The translations under genes and the position numbers were made by a program. This document shows, piece by piece, positions 12,173 to 23,599 of a stretch of 64,000 bases of DNA (position 1 is the first letter of the stretch; each line of letters starts with the position of its first letter). This DNA is from Tubiluchus corallicola. Taxonomy: Eukaryota; Animalia; Priapulida. The notes beneath the pieces were generated by a model, which saw only the letters and a program-made list of their open reading frames with translations, did no database searches and was not told where the DNA came from. The stretch spans positions 62,001-126,000 of the forward strand of contig JAQGDQ010000402.1 of NCBI GenBank assembly GCA_030141605.1. The letters are read 5' to 3'.

Positions 12173-15100
12173 CTCCCCTCGCCTCTCTCTTTCGCTCTCT
12201 CTTTCGTCTTTCGTCCCTCTCCTTCCCTCCCCCTCTTCTAGCCTATTTACTTTTACCCTGTGAAATTCATTATTAAACTATTAAAAGCATCTGAATATAA
12301 TTAAAATGCAGAAGTGTGCCATGGTCATGTCACCTGCTCAAAGAATTTTTCTATTGAAATAATACTTAGCCATCGGAAAATAGGTTCAAAAAATTGGTCA
12401 TATCACCACAGCTTCGTGAAATTCATTTATCATTAATATTATCAACATTCTACATGGTCTTTGCTTATTGCTCAGTGATGATGATAAGCTAATATGGTGT
12501 ACAGTGGTGTGCAAAAAACGATCAATTAGAGCGTAGCTAGAAATTTCCCATAACTACCAAACTCAATGAACTGAATTACAAATTTCTGAATAAAAAATCC
12601 CATGGTTACTGTAACACCATCAAAGTTGCCATATATTTATATTATTTACTCACTCTAATTAAGTATAGCAAAATGTTCTTGTTTCTCATTGAGTTACGTA
12701 TTTATTCTCCTTTATGATTGTTTAATAACTCCTAAAATATCTAAGCTTGGCTCATGTAAGACGACAGACTAAATGCAATCACTAAAGATACTATTTTTCA
12801 TTGTCCGAACTCATATGAATATTTGATTCAAATTTAACTAATGTATCCTGTTATAATCCAAATCCAGAAATCAATTTGAAGAAACATTAATTTGATGATA
12901 TCCGGTATTCTCTATCTGGCAAAAATGCATATCCGAAGCAACACTGTTCCAAATACATATTTTATGTAAATACACACCTATAGTTTAAAACTAGCTTGTA
13001 AATAATAATAGTATACAGTAAAATACAAACATAATATCAAGAATAGACCCTGCAGAAAGACCAGAACTAGAACCGGATGAAGAACCTTGTTTTACACACG
13101 CATGTTGACTGCTCAAAACGAAGTTCTGTAAAGAAAAAAACAGAAAACAACTTAAAACTATATATTTTTGGCAAACAGTTTTTAAATGAAAGGCCAAGCT
13201 TCTGGGGAAGTTAGGTTTATTTCAATGTTTGTGAAAAAATGTCAGAAGGATTTGGAAATACAAGTGCAATAAGCGCAATGCGTAATTGGTAAAATCGCTT
13301 TAAAGTCACGATCATGTCACGCTTGGATGCTCCCATTTTGAACACCCATTCTTCTACCAAGACGACATACATCAACTGAATAAAAGCAGCGCATGTAAAT
13401 CTCCATCAAAAGTATTACAAATTTGGATAGCTAACTTTATGATTTTTTGCATGAACATTAGGTAAGCTGCAGAAGTCTGAATTAGTTCAAGCAGCAAGTG
13501 CTGATGGAAAGCCATGACGCACTTATGAAAAGTCATGAAATCTACTAGTTACATTTTTAAGTGAATAGTGGCTACCACCGCACCGGAAAATTTCTGTACA
13601 GTGTCAATTTAAATTCGCTTGATGTTTTACAAGCAATTTTTTGCTAATTCCCTTGTATTTTTTTGTTTTTTACAAAATCAGAGTTTTTTGGCTTCACTTG
13701 AGGAGAAATTAAACAGGGTACTTTGGATGGCTGAGCTAAAATCTTTCACTGTTCTCAAGAAAAGGTTTAGAACACCTTGCAATGAAGCATGGATATGAAT
13801 ATACAGGAAATCCATCATTAAAAAGGTTTAAGAAACAGGTTCTGTCAATGATCAGAAAGCCATGGTCTTGAAGACCAAGTGTATGTAAAAAAAAAGTGTA
13901 ACACATCCTTAAAACAATCTTTTGTGGGAAATCTGAAGAATCTGAGGATCAAATGGGCATCCCTCTGTGAAATTCTCTATCAAAAAGTTTTTTCACTGAA
14001 AACTACAACTTCATTCAATTCGAGAAGAATATTAATAGAGATTCTTATGACACCAAAATAATCACAAAAGTTCTATTCTACTCATGCATTCATACCTGTA
14101 CCTTACTACTGTAGCTCATTACCCTAAGTGACCATGACCTTGTTTAGAGTGATTTGGGGTGATCTTGTTTGTATAAAAAATCTTTAGAATTGAGACTTTT
14201 AAATCATTCGGGCACAGAATTCTAGGGTCAAAACATCACACGAAAAAAACAAAATTCAAATGCATTAAACGTTGCTACAAAAGTTAAGTATTGCATAAAA
14301 ACTTAAAGCAGACCTCATACATGTACAATGGCATATATATATATATATATATAAATATGTATGCTTTATTAACACACAAATTCATACTTACGTATTGATC
14401 AGACACTGATTCGCCAACTGCAGAAAAGTAATCTGTTTCACAGGACGTACATGTCAGCTGAATCTTTGAAGTTCTGAAAAATATGACATCCTTGGCATTT
14501 CGAGCTGACATTTTACACTAGCAACCTGATGTAAGTATATAGTAATAGCAATTTATTGCTCATCATCATTGTAACTACGATGCAGTATAAAAACCGCTGG
14601 GTGTGTGCACCGTTAAATGGGAGACATAGAAAGGAATACTGCACGTTAGGAAAAACACGTGCTTCAGGTTGGACTGTTGTGTTATTTTGTTCAAAATTAA
14701 CCACAGGTTCTGCATTATGACAGCATACTCATAAAAATACAATTACGTTTGCATAAATTCACTTTTCCAACCACAAAACTAGGTTTTTGTACATTCCACT
14801 ACATGCATTTCCGTACGTTTCTACCGCACAGTTTCTTCTGAAATACCTTACAATAGAATTGTTAAAATCTAAAGAACAGAGATGCTCCTCTAAAGCTTGA
14901 ACAGTCTCACTGCATAAAATCTTCTAAATTAACAATGTCTTCCATTATGAGAACAATAAGACTGGGCTAACACAACCTCACAAAAATTAGATTTAAATGT
15001 CGCAATCAACATTTAAATATTACTAATGGCAGCTAGTATGACTTAGTATATTATAGTACTCACTTATTTGGAGTGCCTTTACTGGTAAACTGAAGCACCC

Positions 15101-16932
15101 ATATACCATTTATGTTATTGAATGTTCCAGTACCAGGTGATCCAATATCAAAATACTGACTTCCGGCATATTGACAAAGCTGAAATATATACACTAAATC
15201 AATAGAAATTTAGATTGAAACAAAATGATACTTTAATCAAGAACAACATGATACTTCTTCTGAACAAACATTGGAACAATTAATAAAAATCACACAAGAA
15301 AAAAGCTACAACATTTCAATCCACCACTCTGAATTATCTTCAGGTGGTCTATTGACTGTACTATCAAATAAAATAAAAAATAAGTATTTGATGAACTTTT
15401 TGAGCATTTCTGCTGTATTTCCTTTCACTCGATGACAGTTCAAAATAATAAAATATCACATCTTTTTAACTCTGCATTGTAAGACTTTTTATTGGTTTAT
15501 AAAGACAAAAGTCTAATCTATAGTTATGAAAGCACTAAATTTTAAACATTCAAAGACCATTTACACTTTGCCACTGAGCCAGGAATTTTTATTTAATTAT
15601 TAATTACAAAATGCACAAAGCAGCATAGGTCTTTTTATTTACTTCTATGAATATAATATACCAAAATGGAATTATCTCAAAATCAGTTAAAGATAAAGTA
15701 AGTTTTGTTTAGTAACTGAAACATGTAACCATACATGTAAAACATGTTAAATGACATGTGTAAGTTGTCAATTTACAACCTGTTATTAACTCTTGGATAG
15801 CTGGTTACTCACATTCATTAATAGTGATTTCCTGTCACAGCAGATTTTTCTTCACATGTTCAACTTGTAGTGTTTATCACAGCATTAGCATGTACGGTCT
15901 CAGTGCCATTGGGCTTGTACCAAAATTTTGTATGTAGTTAAGCCTCACTCAAAATTGGTTTGATGTTTTTGATGTAACTTACTTCAAAATTTATTATAAT
16001 AATTTAAAAGGGTTTAAAAATTTCTATTTCTGCCAAATAAAGAAAGAAAAATGGTGCCAAAATATTCCATTAAATCAGTTAGCAAGACTGACTGTTACAG
16101 TAGGCATATATGTATTACATGCCTACTAGCTCTTAGAATACCTGTACTTACCATAACCCCTTTATCGCAACCAGTACCTGATGGTCCATATTTAAAACTG
16201 TTGCAAGGGTTGAAAGCATAGGTATAGCCACCATCATCAGCTCCAGGCATGACAAACCTAAAGTAAAAACAAGATTCGATTGTTACAGTTATAGCAATTT
16301 TTAACTTGAAGTAAAGTTACATGGACAGATGTTAACTTTTTCTACAACTGTTTTTTATTTTGTTTTCTTTGATGTTTAGAAGATGCCTTCTGATGCCTCA
16401 GCTAAGAAAATATCCTTCTTGGTTCTTTTAGCAAAATTATCGTTAAATCTTACATTCAGTGAAGTTCTCTTTATGGCCTTCTTACTAAGAAAATGGGCAT
16501 TAAGAACTATCTACTGCATCACACATGAGATGTATAGACTCACTTTAACAATGATGTACAACCTACCAGACTATCTTGCGTGAGCATGTCATTTTAAAGA
16601 TTTTATGCACGAGTGTTCATAGTCATTAATAAGATTCATAATCATAATCATTTGCAGCATTAATAAAAATGTGGTAACGTTCATCAAAGCTTAATAGCAA
16701 ACAGTAACAAATATATGCAAATACATTCACTTTACTGAAAAGTTACTTACTTTGCCTTTGAACCTGTCGGATTCGCAAGTGGCGAGAGGTCAATATACTT
16801 TCCTGAACCGTCAACAAATTTACAAGAACAGTCAATCTTGTTAATGGAGCATGTCTCACCATTTATTAATTTATCCTGGGTTATGAAAATAGTAAATAAT
16901 ATCACAGCTAGCCAGGCATTTGTGGCAGTCAT
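8175..16932 (-). CDS. Cation-dependent mannose-6-phosphate receptor / ATG27-like single-MRH-domain type I membrane protein, paralog A (255 aa, 7 coding exons)
   Basis: Exons 16932-16751, 16257-16152, 15179-15064, 14473-14392, 13125-13031, 11461-11335, 8234-8175; all GT-AG and phase-consistent (768 nt). Signal peptide; IDLSPL, YAFNPC, LCQ, IQLTC, GE, YNFVLSSQHAC (MRH domain); GLSAGSIL-TM-YFVGGALY..GAKGKEMIPHYEFWADLP..IRDG (M6PR juxtamembrane signature); C-terminal YERI*. Confidence 0.9.
8965..9054 (-). tRNA. tRNA-Tyr(GTA) with 17-nt intron (9001-9017), inside last intron of paralog A
   Basis: CCTTCGATAGCTCAGTTGGTAGAGCGGAGGACTGTAG[tggatatatcgtcagta]ATCCTTAGGTCGCTGGTTCAAATCCGGCTCGAAGGA is the canonical metazoan tRNA-Tyr; intron at position 37/38; T6 Pol III terminator at 8957-8962. 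Confidence 0.97.
10009..10085 (-). pseudogene. Decayed tRNA-Tyr copy retaining the intron
   Basis: Plus strand GATTTGAACC..CCTAAGAATAACAGACGATAAACCACTACAGTCTTACACACTACCAATTAAGCT aligns with the intact gene including its intron; acceptor stem lost and T-arm has an insertion. Confidence 0.8.
11051..11255. repeat. Purine-rich (GA/AAG) low-complexity tract
   Basis: Degenerate (GA)n; explains the three overlapping ORFs at 10984-11320. Confidence 0.85.
11964..12238. repeat. (CT)n microsatellite with internal tandem duplication
   Basis: Two (CT)n runs, each followed by CCCCTCCCCTCGCCTCTCTCTTTCGCTCTCTCTTTCGTCTTTC. Confidence 0.95.
13690..14060 (+). mobile_element. Probable mariner-like transposase N-terminal (HTH) relic
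   Basis: Frameshifted ..AAAAGGTTTAAGAAACAGGTTCTGTCAATGAT.. resembles the KF.ETGSV.D motif; shares AGAACACC with the repeats at 6078 and 37263. Confidence 0.35.
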
Positions 16933-17399
16933 TATTCTAGATATATTAAGAAGGCTATCACACAATCGCACAATAAAAATTCCCAGCATCCTTAGCACAT
17001 TTGCAATGTGATCTCATTTAATTAGCATAATCTGAAAAAAGAAAAGCAGTAAAATTAGCTGAAAGAAGTGCTAGCTTAATGTACAGTTTTTTTTTCAAGG
17101 AATGGTGCTACGTCTTAAATATTAATCAACAGATAACAGTTTCCAGCACTGGGAACATTAATAACAAGTTGGTGCAACTTTACTTCACATCAAGCTATGT
17201 GAAATTGTAACAAATGTTTTGCTATAATTTTCAAAATATGTTTATATCAGGAAGTGCTATAGCCAAAAAGTTTCAAAATAAATCTAAAACCATGATGATA
17301 ACAAGAAGTGCGTCCACCTCATGCTATGGCACTGATTTTCAGCAGTGAAATTATCACCGTTTTATTTACATATAGATTAGAAGCCAAAAGAAGTTTTAT

Positions 17400-18800
17400 G
17401 CAAAATTCAAGTGCAAAAGGTTTAAGTGGCTAAACAGAATGTACAGATGCAAGGTTTCAACAATACTTTTGAATTTTTGAACTCATGAGAAAATTTTATG
17501 CCAATGTTTCCTTTAGTGCATGGTGAGTAGTGCTTAGATTTATGCTCAAGACAAAAAAATACCAGCCATAAATGGACACAAGACAAACTTGACCATCGGC
17601 CTATGGTGAATATTTCACCTAGATTGGAGCACAAAAAAAATCTGTAGGATATTTTGTATCACCCACTTGCTATCTTATTGCCTTACAGAGCTTGCATAAG
17701 CAGCAACCCTGTATAAAACTCACTTGATGACCGCTAAGCGCAGGCGTTTTAAAGGCAAGTCGTTCAAAACAAGTTTAAATAACTTTGCCCAAAGTTCAAA
17801 AAATAATCAGAGCACTCGTAGCACTCGTCACTACTTAAGCAAAAGCGTAAATTACTTTATATTGTCCATAAGATTAATAATTTTTCTTTTGGTAAATCAG
17901 TGGATGTACACTGGGATAGCAATACAGTGCCATTTTCCCAGCTGGCATGAACATTTTAAACTATTTTTTTGCAATTACACAAGACTTTCAAACAGGTAAG
18001 TATAATGTCTAGTTATGTTTTTTACTGAGAAGAGCACATTGTATTAAATAGAACAAGATTAAGGTTATAAAAAAGAATGCCTGACAAATAAAAATACTGC
18101 ATAATTCAGGTCTCTTGAATACATTTAGTTTACAAAAAGCATGGTGACTGTATGTCAAAATTAGTAGCATAACTGTATATTTTAAAATTTTCAAAATGTG
18201 CCCTAATAGGCTTATAGTTCTACTCAAAGGGAAACTACTTTCGATCCATACATCTGACAGCATCCAACAACTTTCCAAATGTTTCATTCTTTAAGCATGA
18301 ACTACATTTTCTGTCTCAATTTTTGAAAGATGTAGCTTCCCTTTTTTGCAAATGACGATATTACATCCAATCCATGAATGTGTGGCAGCCAAAGAAGCAC
18401 TAATGCGTGTTGTCTAAAGATCTTGCAGTAGCAGCTATACTGACAAATCTTCTTTTTTTCTGACATCCAAATCCAGTTACTGTGTGGCAGTGACTTTACT
18501 GGCTGATAGTTTGATAGATACACTATGCCGGTATCTCCAACATGAATTGTCCTACCATATGCATATCTGAGCATCAGATGACTACTTTTTCATGATTACA
18601 GACAGGCAAGCTCTAGGTACATCACAGCAAATGACTTTGTTGTGTTGAGAGACAAGGAAGCAGCACTTATTGCCAGATGATGTAAATCCTTCAACTTCCT
18701 ACAAGAAAAGCTTTTAAATACATATTGCTGTCATTATAGGAATTGAGATAGTTACATTCATCTTGTCCGCGTGTTTTACTTTCAGAAACTTTTAAAGAAT
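17400..18800 (-). mobile_element. Highly decayed DNA transposon ORF, probably Academ-type (XPG-like domain plus Cys-rich C-terminus)
   Basis: Minus-strand fragments in the expected order: CNHEK, IHVGDTGIVYL, LPHIHGLDVISSFAKKG (cf. HEEAD / DTDV / H..GCD..S.F..GK), then PCTKG..PCICTFC. Many stops and frameshifts; motif recall only. Confidence 0.4.
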
Positions 18801-18820
18801 TGTTCTTATACTCAGCACTT

Positions 18821-19164
18821 GTGTTTTCACCACAGTGTCATCAAAATAACTACAGAGATGTGTCTATTTTCATCACAGTGCCAACAGGATAACTGCAGAG
18901 ATGTGTCTGTTTTCATCACAGTGCCATCAGGATAACCTCGTAGATGTGTATATTTTTATCATAGTGCAATCAGGATAACTATAGAGATGTGTCTGTTTTC
19001 ATCACAGTGCCATCAGGATAACCATAGAGATGTGTCTGTTTTCATCACAGTGCCATCAGGATAACTACAGAGATGTGTCTGTTTTCATCACAGCGCCATC
19101 AGGATAACTACAGAGATGTGTCCATTTTCATCACAGTGCCATCAGGATAACTACAGAGATGTGT
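18821..19164. repeat. 43-bp minisatellite, ~8 copies
   Basis: Unit ATAACTACAGAGATGTGTCTGTTTTCATCACAGTGCCATCAGG starting at 18846, 18889, 18932, 18975, 19018, 19061, 19104, 19147. Confidence 0.95.
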
Positions 19165-19380
19165 AACTCTTGACACATGCAGCTCGTGAATGCTTTGATC
19201 TAGAATTGGAAATAATTTATCCTCTCACTGTGACACCACTTTCTCTGAGTTATCCAGATGGTTAAAACAAACAAGTCTAAACTGCTTTGCATTTTTGAGT
19301 CAAGAGTTGAACACGGATATCCATAGAGCATTAATTCCTATGTCATATCTCTTATAGAGTCTCTTATAATAATCTCTTAT

Positions 19381-20346
19381 AGGGTCCACACGGTCATTCA
19401 AAAGAATGATCTCTGCCTACACTATCAGTTTTCACTGTCAGTTAGTTTGCATGTAACAATTTGTTGAAGGGCTGTTCGTTTCACTTCTGAAAAGGCACCA
19501 AAACTACCTGCATGAAAATGAGCTTTGTTGGCAGTGGTTACAGCATGTTCTTCTATAAATGGAGAGTCAAATCGCAGAAAAAAGACGTTATGGGTTAAAA
19601 GTGGCTACAACTAAGAAGTGAAAAAGGAAGCTAATGAATATTTGAAGAATTAAGCACAGAAGCACAAAATGACGTTTTGACACCAACAATTTTTGATGAC
19701 TTGTTGGATAAAATTTTGCCTTTCATACAGAAGAGTGATAACAACATGAGAGAGTCAATTTCTACTGCTGCTAGATTGGAGATGACACTAAGATTCTTAG
19801 CAACCTGTATATCGTACACACCGCTACAGAATTCTGCTCATTACAAAGCTTGTTCTTAATAATTCCTGGGACATGTATATAGTGTAATAATTTTTTATAT
19901 CCTATCTCTTTGGCTTCTCTGTCCTTATAATCAACCAATGAAACATTCCATAAGCACTCTATAGAGTCCATAAAGCCTATTAAGAATTCTTTGCTGTACT
20001 CTACAGTCACACACAACAGTTTCTTCACTTGTGTGACACTCGTACAATTAATTTGTAAAACAATATACGCTTTTCATTGTTTTTTAGTGACAGCACGCTG
20101 TTTTTCGGGAATTTTGAGTATTTTGGGTGTCTTGGCATACCCCTTCAAATGGGCTGTTCCAGCTGAGTCGTCAGCGCACATTTTTATTGGCTGCTAAATC
20201 CGACACTGACGAAAATCAACACAAGCTTGATATTGCCAAATTTGAATGACATTCTTTTTTCACTGCCATTTTTATGTCCACACGGTCTTTCAACACCAGC
20301 AAACTCAAGAATGGAATTATTTTAAATGACCGTGTGTACACGTCCT
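19381..20346. mobile_element. Internally deleted PIF/Harbinger transposon with relics of both ORFs
   Basis: TIR core CACACGGTCATT(C/T)AAAA at both ends. Plus strand MTPTIFDDLLDKILPFIQKSDNNMRESISTAARLEMTLRFLAT (HARBI1-like transposase N-terminus). Convergent minus strand EFLIGFMDSIECLWNVSLVDYKDREAKEIGYKKL (MADF/Myb-SANT). Confidence 0.85.
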
Positions 20347-20925
20347 ATTAAATTGATCGACGCTTGTTGCAGCATGTTCCCACAACCAGCGTAACGCGTA
20401 GCCATCGTGTGACAAACTGCACAACACGCCATATCCTCTGAAATTCAGCAAAACTTCTGACATGACGTTCTAAACATGACATGACGGCTGCACGATATGG
20501 TGAAAAATGCTTTCACACCGTGTCTTACTAGCCCACAGAATAAGTAGTGAAAAGTTGTCGTCAAAACTCAAAACGACAATAGAATTTAGAAAAGTCAAAG
20601 TTTGCCAAAATCATAGTACAAAATATTTAAAATTGGTTTATTGCACATAACACAATACATAACAGAATCATTGTTGCAGTATGAAATAATGTAAATTTGG
20701 AATTTATCAATTATTTAATTACTATTTAACAGTGAAAATAATGTAAAGAAAGTTACATGAGATGTTACGACACAAGTCGCAAAACTTACTTTCGTGCATG
20801 TTAGGCTCGGCAACATGGCAGACCTCTAAAATTTTGAATTTGAATTTTTTTATTTATTAGTCTCATTCATCAATTTTGTAAGAAAGACCATGCTGCCGTC
20901 GAGTGTCCAGTCTTCACTCATATTA

Positions 20926-20927
20926 AT

Positions 20928-20962
<35 letters not shown>

Positions 20963-20981
20963 TAATAATAATAATAATAAT
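20926..20981. repeat. (AAT)n microsatellite
   Basis: Direct reading. Confidence 0.95.
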
Positions 20982-22389
20982 TTAAGTTGGTGGCATTAGC
21001 AAGACAAAGTCTCAGCAAAGTAGGTAAAGATAAAGAAAATATTACAAAAAGTTGTAGCACATCGAACAAAGGTAGCAGATATTAATATTGAATATTATGT
21101 ATTAACAGCAATCATATTTAATAAGAATAAAATTAAACTCATAACTAAGTAGAAAATACAAACAGATTTGGCAATATAATAGTAATTTATTACAACTAAC
21201 TATGAGCGCAAATAGAACATGCATACATAAATCAGATAAATGGTAACTTAATATTATAATGTAATTATTGCGGTATATACATCACAATCATGCAACAGGG
21301 CTCAAAAAAAAACAAAAAGAAAAAATGAATATCATTGGCCTATTATAAGAATACTAAGCTGTTAAACAGTGAACAATTGTTATATTGTTTTGATTTTCCC
21401 CTCTCAAGGTCACTCTCCATTACTTAAAATTAATGTTAAACTAACAAAATGGTAATAAAGCTTCAGTTTTATACTAAAGTAAATATAGCTGTTTTATAAG
21501 TCATGCAGAAAAATGGCATTTATATAGCTTCGATAATAGTAATAACGTGACCACTATAACAGGATTTAGTAAATCTGTAATGTTATAGTTGGGCTTAAGC
21601 AAACAAACGTCAATAAGTCAATAAAATTAAAATCATACACTCAATGCATAAAAAGCAGATGCACTGCAGATAAATACTGAGTGACATTATGCCAAAATGT
21701 AAGTTAACAATAGTTGTTCAGTAAATATTTGTTGCATTTCTCAAGGAATACAGTCAAATATTCCATCAACAGGGAATGAATTCCACTATTGTGTTCATTA
21801 TATTTTATTGTTTTGGAGTCACAATTAAGAACAGAGATTAAGATTGCGGCATGCAATAAACTTGATAACATTACGGACGCATTTTTAATTCATAATTTTA
21901 GTTTTATCACCTATAGCCAAACAGTAACCTGTATCACTAAATTTTTTATCATCTCCTTGCAACTAAGGAGCACAAAGAAATGTAGCATATCCTTTGGGCG
22001 TGTGTGTTTTCTTATTCGTCTGTAGAACGACCCAACTGGCCTGTGATATCGATACCAATATAAGGGGTAGGTATAGGTGGTTGGGTATGTGATAATACCA
22101 CTATAACGCAAGGCAGGTAGGTCGAAATAAGCCGAAAACTTGATATCGTCATTATAATTATGTGGATGGCTCTGATGAGTGATTTGCCAGAAGTTTTATA
22201 AAAGTTGACAAATTGTGCAATGCAAATCTGAAAGCTACAGAAGACGATATCATAATTTACACTAAATCCAGTATTAATATAAAAATTACAAAAGAAACGT
22301 AGTCAAACTCTCAGTTTTGGCATTTAAAAGTTTTCCGTTTTTAATGCTCCATGGCTAATCCAAAGCAAACATGAGCAAAAAAGCTAATT

Positions 22390-22480
22390 GAAATGAACGA
22401 GATATCTTGTGCAGTTATTTCTAAAGATATCTATCAGAACGAGATAGTTTCCGACTTCCGGTTTTGATTTGCATCTGCTA
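22390..22480. promoter_or_regulatory. Candidate bidirectional promoter (M6PR-like paralog A leftwards; plus-strand transcript rightwards)
   Basis: ETS/GABP site ACTTCCGGT 22454-22462, octamer ATTTGCAT 22467-22474, repeated AACGAGATA; the plus strand appears to switch from A-rich to T-rich here (by eye). Confidence 0.45.
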
Positions 22481-22715
22481 ACTTTAGTATTGTGATATTT
22501 TTTGTTTAAGTTTTATGTTTTTTTGTCAGTAGACTTGTGACTAATGTAAATACTTATTAAATTTGTTTCTTTAAATTTTCTCTTGTGCCACTTTGGTTGT
22601 TATTAATTATTATTTTATAGAAACTAATACTAATTAGTAATAGTAAATTTATTTAACTTCATACAGCAGTTAAGATGTTATTCCGTTAGTGCATATTATA
22701 CAGATAAATACGAGC

Positions 22716-22764
22716 AGAGGTGGCGAAAGACCTTACAGTTACCCAGTAGGGTAATCACCTCTAA
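22716..22764 (+). mobile_element. Helitron-like 3' terminus (hairpin plus CTAA/T)
   Basis: AGAGGTG...TTACCC-AGTA-GGGTAA-T-CACCTCTAAT: short hairpin a few nt upstream of CTRR followed by T. Confidence 0.35.
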
Positions 22765-23565
22765 TTATATATACACACATATATATATGTGTGTGTATAT
22801 ATAAGAGAATAATGTTAATAAATATAATGTTTTGTTTGAAATTCAGAGTCAAAGAAAGCAGTTCTAAAATTGTGCATACGGAGTTTGATATTGAAAGTGC
22901 CTTCAAGGCTACATCGGCTTTAAATATTTTCAGTTTACGACTGGTATCTAATAAATTTTGCAGCCTAAACAGAGCACATAGTTTCCCATAAGCTTTTTTA
23001 CAAATATTAATAACGTGGTTGTTAAAATTGAACTATGAATCTACAGTAATACTGAGGAACTTGACAGCTATTTGAACATTTAACAGTTACATAATTAACA
23101 AGCAGGTAATCATTAGCCTCATTTAATGTATGTCTACAAAATAAACTGAAAACTTGTCAGTGTTTGCTTGCCCATGACTGCCGTGGTACCATTGAAGAGA
23201 ACCTAAGAAAGACTGATCCATGTAAATTTAAAATACCATCAAGGTGTATGGATTTGTACTAAAAAGCAGGGACTTAGGTGCCCAGGGGGTCCGATTTATT
23301 AGTGCGTTCATAAGAATGTTAATGGTTATGTCTATGGGCACCATGTTATGGGTCCCACAAATTTGGATTTTCCAGTCGCCATTAATTAATCAAAACCACT
23401 AGTAATGTAATTTTTTATGGGTTACGTATCATGATTACCCTCATGCTTTTTTACTTTTTTCAGATTTCAACTAAAGGAAACTGAGAAGTGTGAACATTGC
23501 AAAATAGATATCAGGTGTTGGCTGTAGGTTTGAAATTGTTCTTGAGTGATAAACACTTCTTCTCG

Positions 23566-23599
23566 ATGGCTTCGGATGCGGACAAAGAATTTAATGTTT
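23566..23599 (+). CDS. Candidate first coding exon of SOAT (exon 23464-23599, ATG 23566)
   Basis: Strong acceptor TTTTTTACTTTTTTCAG|23464, no earlier ATG in the exon, tcgATGG context, ATG GCT TCG GAT GCG GAC AAA GAA TTT AAT GTT T|GTAAGA (phase 1). Joins in frame to 34915 giving [21 protein letters not shown]. No homology support. Confidence 0.5.

Noticed and set aside
18821-19164. Regular repeat array resembling CRISPR
   Set aside because: Units are contiguous with no unique spacers; eukaryotic context, no cas genes.
21911-22150. Tyr/Pro-rich minus-strand ORF
   Set aside because: No ATG at its start, upstream in-frame stop, no recognisable motif.
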